A stretch of DNA of 64,000 bases from an uncultured Chloroflexia bacterium (lineage in GTDB: Bacteria > Chloroflexota > Chloroflexia > QHBQ01 > JADMIH01): assembly GCA_963837315.1 (NCBI GenBank), contig CAWINE010000028.1, positions 470,462 to 534,461 of the forward strand. The letters run 5' to 3'. The position numbers were made by a program, and so were the translations under genes. A model generated the notes under the pieces. That model searched no databases and was not told the DNA's origin. It saw nothing but the letters and a program-made list of their open reading frames with translations. This document shows, one piece after another, positions 54,610-62,500 of the stretch (position 1 is the stretch's first letter; each line of letters begins with the position of its first letter).

Positions 54610-56631
54610 ATGGACCAGCATCCTGACGGCTCGACGCCCGTGAACGGCATGGAGCGCCTCCTCGCGGGCCGCTACCTCCTCCGCGACAAAATCGGAGAGG
54701 GTGGGGCTGCCGTGGTCTACCGCGCCCTCGACCAGCGTCTCGACCGCGTGGTCGCCATCAAGCTCCTTCGTCCCCAGTTCACCACTGACGAAGCTTCGCG
54801 CAAACGCTTCCTCAACGAGGCGCGCACAGCGGCGGGCCTCAACCACCCCAATGTGGTTGACATCTACGATTTTGGAGAGAACCCCGACGGCTCGATGTTC
54901 ATTGCCATGCAATACATCGAAGGCCAGAACCTGAAGGACTTCCTCCACCGCCGGGGCCGCCTGTCGCCCGCTGACGTGGTCGCAATTATCCCGCAAGTGT
55001 GCCAGGCCCTTACTGCCGCCCACTCACGCGGTCTCATCCATCGTGACGTGAAGCCCCAGAATATCATGATCGATAACAAGGGCAATGTTCACCTCACCGA
55101 TTTCGGCATCGTCAAAGCCCTTTCCGGACCTGAGCTTACCCAAACAGGCATGACCTTCGGCACAGCCGCCTATCTTTCCCCGGAGCAGGCAACCGGGGAG
55201 CCCATCGGCCCGGCATCCGACGTGTACGCTCTCGGCTGCGTGATGTACGAAATGCTTACCGGCTCGCCCCCTTTCACGGGCGACAACCCCGCAGTAGTAG
55301 CATATAAGCAGGTGTGGGACCAACCGCGCCCTCTCCACGAGTGGGCGCCGGAAGCGCCGCCCGCTCTCGAAAGCATTATCATGCGGTGTCTGAACAAAGA
55401 CCCCGCGCGCCGGTACCCAAGCGCGGCCGCACTCGGCACGGATCTGACCAACCTGGGCTCTGCCTTCAACCAGCCTACCCAGGCCGTCAGTCTTGGCTCT
55501 CTCGCTGCCCAGGGCAAGGGAGCTACCCCGCCCCGCGACGCCAGGCCCAGCGCCGAGATGTCCCGGCCCATACCGATGCCGGCTTCACCCTCGTCTACCA
55601 CCGTCCCGCCCGTCAGGGTCCAGACCACCAATCTGACCGGCGGCCAGGTGACGCGCCGGGTCGATCCGCCGCGCTCAGGCACACCTCTCCCGCCCCGCGT
55701 TCAGGTGGTCAATCCTGGCAGCCGGGTCAGCAATGCGTGGCTCCCTGTGGCTCTGGTGGCAGTAATCCTGGGGGTGCTGGTTTGCGCCCTCGCTGCATCG
55801 CAAGGCAATCTCCTCAGTATCCTCGGCAGCAGCTCCACACCCACCCCGCCCCCTGGCGTCACAACCGCCACGCCGGTCCCACCAACTCCAACCCTTGCAC
55901 CTATCGTAGTGGTTACGGCCACGAACACTCTTATCCCTGCTGCTACGGATACGCCCGTGCCCGAAACCACTGCGACTGACACTGATACACCGGTGCCTCC
56001 TACCGACACGCCGCTACCCACTATACCCACCCCTCCCACAGTAACACCCGAGGTATCTCCAACCGACACCCTTGGAGCCGGGGAGGCCACTTTTATCCCA
56101 TCTCAGCCAACCATCGCTCCGCCGCTCACCTTCCAGCCTTTCAACACTCCTACGCTGCCTCCGATAATCCTTTTCACACCGGTTCCTTCGGGATCTAACT
56201 CGGTAACCATAAGTGCGCTCTCTTTCCAGGGGGGGTTCACGAACCCGGGAGGCTACCACCTGCGCAATCCTCAGTGGGTATATGGCCAGGGCACCCAGTA
56301 CCACACCATGAGCGCCTCATTCGCTATCAGCGACAAGCCCAAAGGCCCTGCTGATCTTGCGGTTGTGGGCGTCAACTCCGAAGATGCTCCCAAATGCCAC
56401 CTGCGCGTGCTCGTCAACGACCAGGTAGTTTTCGACGGCTCCGATCCTCTCCCCAATGACAATACGGATGGCCCGCAAGCCCCAGGCAACTGGGGCACGG
56501 CCCACTTCCGCATAGGTCCCAATATTCTTCAGCAAGGGAACAATACGGTCACTTTCATCAACCTCGACCCCAGCGACAAAATCAATTATCCCATCTTCAT
56601 AATGATCAACTCCGTCACTCTTACATGGTAA
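54610..56631 (+). CDS. Ser/Thr protein kinase with a TM helix, Pro/Thr-rich linker and an extracellular C-terminal domain
   Basis: 673 aa with Hanks motifs GEGGAAVVY, VAIK, HRDVKPQNIM, DFG and SPEQ. The TM segment is WLPVALVAVILGVLVCALA, followed by a PT-rich region and a ~170-aa C-terminal domain. Confidence 0.88.
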   Translation: MDQHPDGSTPVNGMERLLAGRYLLRDKIGEGGAAVVYRALDQRLDRVVAIKLLRPQFTTDEASRKRFLNEARTAAGLNHPNVVDIYDFGENPDGSMFIAMQYIEGQNLKDFLHRRGRLSPADVVAIIPQVCQALTAAHSRGLIHRDVKPQNIMIDNKGNVHLTDFGIVKALSGPELTQTGMTFGTAAYLSPEQATGEPIGPASDVYALGCVMYEMLTGSPPFTGDNPAVVAYKQVWDQPRPLHEWAPEAPPALESIIMRCLNKDPARRYPSAAALGTDLTNLGSAFNQPTQAVSLGSLAAQGKGATPPRDARPSAEMSRPIPMPASPSSTTVPPVRVQTTNLTGGQVTRRVDPPRSGTPLPPRVQVVNPGSRVSNAWLPVALVAVILGVLVCALAASQGNLLSILGSSSTPTPPPGVTTATPVPPTPTLAPIVVVTATNTLIPAATDTPVPETTATDTDTPVPPTDTPLPTIPTPPTVTPEVSPTDTLGAGEATFIPSQPTIAPPLTFQPFNTPTLPPIILFTPVPSGSNSVTISALSFQGGFTNPGGYHLRNPQWVYGQGTQYHTMSASFAISDKPKGPADLAVVGVNSEDAPKCHLRVLVNDQVVFDGSDPLPNDNTDGPQAPGNWGTAHFRIGPNILQQGNNTVTFINLDPSDKINYPIFIMINSVTLTW

Positions 56632-56666
56632 AAAGAAATCCCCGCCGCGGCGGGGATTTCTTTTTA
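56630..56666. terminator. bidirectional terminator between the kinase and trkA
   Basis: aaaaagaaatccccgcc-gc-ggcggggatttcttttt. Confidence 0.75.
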
Positions 56667-56687
56667 TTCACTTTACCTGGTCCGGTC

Positions 56688-57347
56688 CTAGCTGCCGGTC
56701 ATCATCTGCCGGAACTTGTCCTCGCTCTCTTTGTTCGCGAGGGCTATCACTTCGTCCTCCGGTTTGAGGAGCGTATCGCCCTTGGGCAGGATCATGCTCC
56801 CGTCGCGTATCACTGCCGAAATAATTACGGTGCTCGGGAAGTTGATCTCAGCCAGCGTCTTGTTCGCTACAGGCGCGCCCTCTTCCACGGTGGCTTCCAC
56901 GATAGCGATCTGAGCGTGCTTTAGTGTCATCAAATGCACCAGCCCGCGCTCCGGTATCTCCTGCTCGATAACACTCAGAATAATATTGGTGGCCGACACG
57001 GTCACATCGATGCCAAGCTTCCTGAATATCTCTTCATTCTTGGGATTATTCACGCGGGCAATCGTGCGCGGCACGTTGAATAGCCTTTTGGCAGTCTGGC
57101 ACACCACCAGGTTATCCTCGTCGTCACCTGTCACAGCCACCACCACGTCGGCCCGCGCCGCACCTGCCGCCTCCAGGGTTGCAAGCTCCGCTCCATCTCC
57201 TTCTACCACTACAGAACCGAAGCGCTCGCCGTAAGTAGCAACCTTCCTGGGGTTCTTCTCGATAAGCAATATCTCGAACCCCTCGTTCACCAGTGTCTTG
57301 GTGAGGTAATACCCCACCTTCCCGCCGCCCACGACCAGTATGTACAT
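56688..57347 (-). CDS. trkA: Trk/Ktr potassium-uptake system NAD-binding component (TrkA-N plus TrkA-C)
   Basis: 219 aa with MYILVVGGGKVGYYL (Rossmann) and a C-terminal RCK_C region (HAQIAIVEATVEEGAPVANKTL). Confidence 0.8.
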   Translation of the reverse strand: MYILVVGGGKVGYYLTKTLVNEGFEILLIEKNPRKVATYGERFGSVVVEGDGAELATLEAAGAARADVVVAVTGDDEDNLVVCQTAKRLFNVPRTIARVNNPKNEEIFRKLGIDVTVSATNIILSVIEQEIPERGLVHLMTLKHAQIAIVEATVEEGAPVANKTLAEINFPSTVIISAVIRDGSMILPKGDTLLKPEDEVIALANKESEDKFRQMMTGS

Positions 57348-57356
57348 TGATGTCTC

Positions 57357-57413
57357 CTAGGGGCTAGGGGCTGGGGGCTAGTAGGTTTCTAGCCCCCAGC
57401 CCCTAGCCCCTAG
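57357..57413. repeat. heptamer-arm hairpin (GGGGCTA / TAGCCCC units) between the two trkA-type genes
   Basis: ctaggggctaggggctgggggctag-taggttt-ctagcccccagcccctagcccctag. Confidence 0.85.
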
Positions 57414-57423
57414 CCACTTCGTC

Positions 57424-57999
57424 TCAACTATTCCTGTTGAACAATCCCCTTATGCCCTTACCGTTTTGCTCGGTCCTATGCTCGGGGTGGCCCGGCACGT
57501 CTATATGGTTGGGGTGGCTTGCAAGGGGTCCTGTCGGGTTGCGACCCTCGCTTATCTGCGTGCCTATAGGCACCGTGTTGGTGGGCCTGGGCTGCTCGGC
57601 CAGAGAGTTCAGTATATCGCGGGCCGTGGTTGACACCAGCGTAGTAGGGCATATCGTCTCCAGCCCGAGCTCGTGGTAGAGGCTTTCGCGCCCAGGGTCA
57701 TAAATACGCGCCAGCACGTGCGGCACGCCGAATATCTCTTTAGCTATCTGGGAGGCCATGATGTTGGTATTGTCATAGTTGGTGACAGCCGCGAACGAGT
57801 CGGCCCCTTCTATACCCGCAGCCTTCAGCACATCGGCGTCTATGCCTGTGCCGAGCACTGTGTTCCCTTTGAAGGTCTCAGGAAGCCGGTCGAATGCCTC
57901 TTGATTCGAATCGATTATGCTGATCTCGTTCCCCTCTGCTTCCATAAGCTGTGCCAGCCGCGCACCTACGCGCCCACAGCCAAGAATTACTACTTTCAT
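57424..57999 (-). CDS. TrkA-N (RCK N-terminal) domain protein
   Basis: 191 aa with MKVVILGCGRVGARLAQ and an RCK_N fold. There is a Pro/His-rich tail and no RCK_C. Confidence 0.75.
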   Translation of the reverse strand: MKVVILGCGRVGARLAQLMEAEGNEISIIDSNQEAFDRLPETFKGNTVLGTGIDADVLKAAGIEGADSFAAVTNYDNTNIMASQIAKEIFGVPHVLARIYDPGRESLYHELGLETICPTTLVSTTARDILNSLAEQPRPTNTVPIGTQISEGRNPTGPLASHPNHIDVPGHPEHRTEQNGKGIRGLFNRNS

Positions 58000-58011
58000 T
58001 GATTTGCTCCT

Positions 58012-58095
58012 AAGTTGTCAGTTGTCAGTAGACGCTTATGCTCGGTCGTCGGTCGTCCTTCGTCTACTGACAACTGACAACTGACAACTGACAAC
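58012..58095. repeat. heptamer-arm hairpin (GTTGTCA / TGACAAC units)
   Basis: agttgtcagttgtcagtagacg ... cgtctactgacaactgacaactgacaactgacaact. The heptamer is the same as at 9090-9236 and 36491-36520. Confidence 0.85.
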
Positions 58096-58100
58096 TCCGT

Positions 58101-58589
58101 CTAACACGTCTCCGGCATTGGAGCGCGGCAGATATAGACGCGGCAGGCGGCGTGCTTCATGACGTATGGTATCGTGCGGCCCAGGTCAAGCTCACCGAGC
58201 TTCTTCTGGTAGTCGGTTGCCATCACTATGAGCTCGGTGCCGCTTTCCCGCGCCATGTCCACAATAGCAGCGCCCGCGCTGCGGGCCTGCAAAATGGAAG
58301 CGTCAACGTCAAGCCCCATGTCTCGGGCCACCGCTTCGGCGTGGTCGAGGGCCTTTTCACCCTTCTCTACCTGCTCGGTAAGCTCGGCATCCAGGGGCAG
58401 GGCGTGCGGCACCTGTACCACATAAACCACGTCTATCGTGACAATGCGCCCCTTGTGCTTCTTGGCAGCTGCGTAAGTATATGCGAGACGAATCGCTTCA
58501 TCGTCAATTTCCGCGCCTTTCACTGCTACCAGGATCTTCTTTGCTTTGTTTTCATCTCCGTTTGCACGGTTGAATATGTTGTTAGCCAA
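58101..58589 (-). CDS. universal stress protein (UspA family)
   Basis: 162 aa with KILVAVKGAEIDDEAIRLA and a C-terminal ATP-binding-type GTELIVMAT...GRTIPYVMKHAACRVYI. Confidence 0.8.
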   Translation of the reverse strand: MANNIFNRANGDENKAKKILVAVKGAEIDDEAIRLAYTYAAAKKHKGRIVTIDVVYVVQVPHALPLDAELTEQVEKGEKALDHAEAVARDMGLDVDASILQARSAGAAIVDMARESGTELIVMATDYQKKLGELDLGRTIPYVMKHAACRVYICRAPMPETC

Positions 58590-58871
58590 TTTTCCTTCCC
58601 TTGCAATTCAGGTATCGCGTGCGACTTTGCTTTTGCGGCAAGGTGCATCGCTTTAAACTCTATACAAATATATACGTAATAAGGTTGCCGATGTGACGGC
58701 GAGCCGCACCCTCAGCCCCCAGGCGGGCTACCTCCCGATCCTGGAGAGCGCGCGCCAGGTGTTTGCGCCCTGCGTGCTGCCAGGTTGGTCGGTGCTAAGA
58801 GGAATGGGCGGGTGAAGTGGTCATGCTCGCGCGTTCGCAAAGAGACAGAAGCTGCATTGACCGTGAAAGGG

Positions 58872-58925
58872 TGGAATGCCCCGCGGCTGTTATTCCGCAT
58901 TCCGCATTCCGCATTCCGCAATTCG
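58872..58925. repeat. (CATTCCG)x4 heptamer run with a short complementary arm
   Basis: ggaatgccccgcggctgttattccgcattccgcattccgcattccgcaattcg. The unit is the same as in the purH hairpin arms. Confidence 0.75.
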
Positions 58926-59551
58926 ATGCCGGTGCCGGTGGAATAAGCGTATATAAGCTCCGCTCCCGCCGAGTGAAGGTGAGAGCCATGCTTCGCCATC
59001 ATGGAGTATAGAACTCCAACCGGCAGGTTGATGCTAATCTTCATACACTATGGGGCATAAAAGCCTGAGCCAGGCAATTATCTTTCAAAACTACCCTTCA
59101 TGCCGTGCCGAGCGATGCCCCGGTAACTCGGCCTTCTTTCCCCAGGCATGTCTTGTGCAACCGCCGAACCATGCCTGAATACCTTTCCTGATCCCTCTCG
59201 AACATTTATATCACAAGTTTATATTATAGCACTCGAATGTGGAAATCGCAACCGACTTACACACAATCCACAGGGCCAACTCATCCAAAATGAGCATGAT
59301 GCTGGGGCAAAGGGATGCTCTCTCCTTTGTCATTCCGAGTAATCATGACCCTGCGGGCCATCATCGCCAATGAAAATGAAGGAGTATTGGGGACAGCACT
59401 ATGCTCGGCATTGTTAGCCATTCTTGCACCCGGTATTCCTCAGCTGCACTAGCGAGGAATGACAAACTAGGCTTCGTGCCTCCTTCACATCTTTCCCAAT
59501 TTAGATGACTTTGCCCTGGCACCATCCAGGCTCTCCAAAGCTGTTGCAACG

Positions 59552-62500
59552 CTACCGCCCGGCATTATCCTTGGCTGCAGGAATAGCGCAGTCAGGGAAG
59601 AAGGTATTGCCTTCTATCTTCGAAGTCTGCCCCCTTGTGGCGTTGTTATTGGGCCTGAAGTACGGCAGATTGGCCGGAGGTATGCATGGCTCACCCGGTT
59701 CACCGCATCGGTAGCCTGCCATGATAGAGCGGGTGACCAGTCTATACGTGTACGTGTAGTAGGTGCTGCCTATGGGCACATCCTGGAATTGTCGCCCGGT
59801 GGGCGCATCGCCGAACTCGGCTGCGTTAGCGTCTATCTTGGTGATCTGCCCCCTTGTGGCGTTGTTGTTGGGTCTGAAGTATGGCAGATTACGGGGCTGC
59901 ACGCATGGCTCGTTAGGTCCGCCGCATGCATAGCCGCTGATATATCCCCTCGACGCAAGTCTACCAATGTATAGCTGGAAGGTAGAGCCTACAGGTACAT
60001 CCTGGAACATCTGGGCGGGCTGTGGGTCAGAGAAGCCGGCGGCGTTAGTCACTATCTTGGAAAGCTGCCCCCTGGTCACATTGTTATTAGGCTTGAAGGT
60101 ACCGTCAGAGTAACCGTTGATAATGCCCAGGCAAGCCAGGCAGTGGATGTAGGGATAGAATGTGCTGCCCACAGGCACATCTATGAAGGTGAGCGTGCAG
60201 GCTCGGGGCTGGCCAAAAATGAGCTTAACGCCATCTTCTATGATCCAGCCGTCAGGACGGGCCAGCTTGGACTGCTCGGGCGAGCCTGCGAGCACGCACA
60301 GCACATTGGTGAACAGGCCATTTGCGCCCTGCTGCACGCCTACGGTCTCGCTCGACTCAGGGTCGATCTGGCCGTAGATGAGGTCGAATTGGTCACTTCC
60401 CTCGTACAACCTTATCTCGAAATTCACCCCTGAACCCATGAGTCGCGCGGCTCGCCATTCGATATTGAATATACGATTAGGAGTAGTGCCGCTCACAGAG
60501 GTGAAGATGCCGCAGCCTGTGCAATCGGTTACAAGGTCGTCCCAGTAACCGAAGATAGCGAAGTCGGCGGCACCGGTCGGCAGGCAGGTGTTGGCAGAGG
60601 GATTCGAGTTCGAGATGAAGCCGAGGGTGCCGTTGGAGCCGAGCGTGGCCGACGAGAATTGCTGCCCGTAAAGGGTGGCCGGGAAGGGCAGCACTATAGT
60701 GTTCTCACAATTGTCACAGTGGTTACCTGTGTCGGTTGTGCCGGGCACAATAGTACCGGTTGCCGCTACGAATACGTAATCGGTGGCCGCCGGCCCGGGA
60801 GTGCTTGTCGCCGTGGCGGTGAAATTGGGGTCTGGAGTGTATGTGGCGGTGGCGGTTGCCGAGGGTGGAGGGCAGATGGTGCTGTAGTGCTCGATAAGTG
60901 TGCCGTCGAAACTCCCTCCGGCGTCGGTATGTGCCTTTCCCACTGCCCACACGTCGGTGGCGGATACCTTGCCCAGGCCCTGCAGGAAATACTTGGTGGA
61001 AGGCGGCTCGCCGGCCCCGCTGACTAAGGTCCAGGTCGTGCCATCCCAGTGCACAAAGGCGTTCTCACTGACCGCCCATACGTTGTTGGACGATATCGCC
61101 GCTACGTCGGTCAGCTCGCGATTGCAGCATGGCAGAGGCATAGTCACCACCGACCATGACGTGCCGTTATAATGCATGGCCAGGGGCAACCCGCTCCCAT
61201 CGGTCGTATAGCCCACCGCCCAGATGTCGGTGGCCGATACCGCTGCTACCCTGTACAGCACGCCTGATACCGCAGCCGGATTGTTAAACCGGGTCCAGGA
61301 GGTGCCGTTCCAGTGCATGAAGAGTGGCCTGTTGGCGTCTACCTCTCCTACCGCCCAGATATCGTTTGCGGACACAGCCGCCAGACCCTGCAGGCTATCC
61401 CGGTTTGGTAGGATAGGCATTGCAACTTGCGCCCATACCGAGCCATTCCAATGCAGTGCGAGCGCCTGTGTTCCTGCGCCTTGTACGTAGCTTCCAACAA
61501 CCCATACGTTGCTTGATGACACCATGCGTACGTCCCGAATGCCTCCCACGGGAACGGTGATAGCAGGGGAAGCCGCCAGGCTCCAAGTGCTGCCGTCCCA
61601 ATGTTCGAGGAGTGGCTGGTGACCTGTCGCGGTCGGTGAGTCGTAATCGCCCACCGCCCACGCATCGCCCGGTAAGGCCGCAACACCACCCATAGAAACG
61701 TTGTTGGCCGGTGGGCTTGACAGGATGCTCCACTTGGCGCCATCCCAGTGCTCCATAAGGGCAACGGCTGTGGGATTGGGTGATGTGTAATCGGCGCTTG
61801 TGCCCACCGCCCACACGTCGTTTGCCGCTGCGGCTGCCACGTCAACAAGAGCGTTACCGTTCATGCCGCTTGGATTAGGGCTATCCACCGAATTCCAGGC
61901 AACACTGCAGGTAGGTATAGGTGTAGCTGTGGCAACAGGAGCCGATCCGTCAATCGAGGAGACGAAAGCTTCGACGCCGCCGCTGGAACTCGGCTGGTAC
62001 GGGCTTTGGATTGGGAAATCGGTCGAGAGAGTGCTTCCCGTTACGTAAGACTTATTCGCGCCGTCGGTGGCTCCGCCAATGCCCACATCGTTCGCAGTCC
62101 CCCCCAGGAAGGTGGAAAAGACCAGGTTGTTGCCGGCAGCACCCAGAATGAGGGCGAACGCATCACCGCCGCCCTGGTAGGTCTGTAGCGAATTCATCTG
62201 CGGGAAGGTGCTTGAGCTCGTGCTGCCGACGACGTGCGCTCTGCCGGTGTTGTCTACAGATATATCGGCTCCTTCGCCTGCTCCCCCGGCACCAAAGCAT
62301 GTAGAGTAAATCAGACCATTGCCTGCGGCGTTGAACTTGGTGACGAATGGGCCGGCCACGCAGCTTTGATATGGGTTCAGGGTTGGAAAGTCGGTGGAGT
62401 TGGTCTGGCCGGTCACATAAGCGCTGCCGCTGGCATCAATATCAATGTCGCGCCCATAGTCGCAACAGCCACTGCCACCCAGGTAGGTAGAATAGATGAG

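Noticed and set aside
58712-59044. A 110-aa minus-strand ORF.
   Set aside because: It reads through the CATTCCG heptamer run, has no SD and shows no recognisable fold. It is most likely non-coding.
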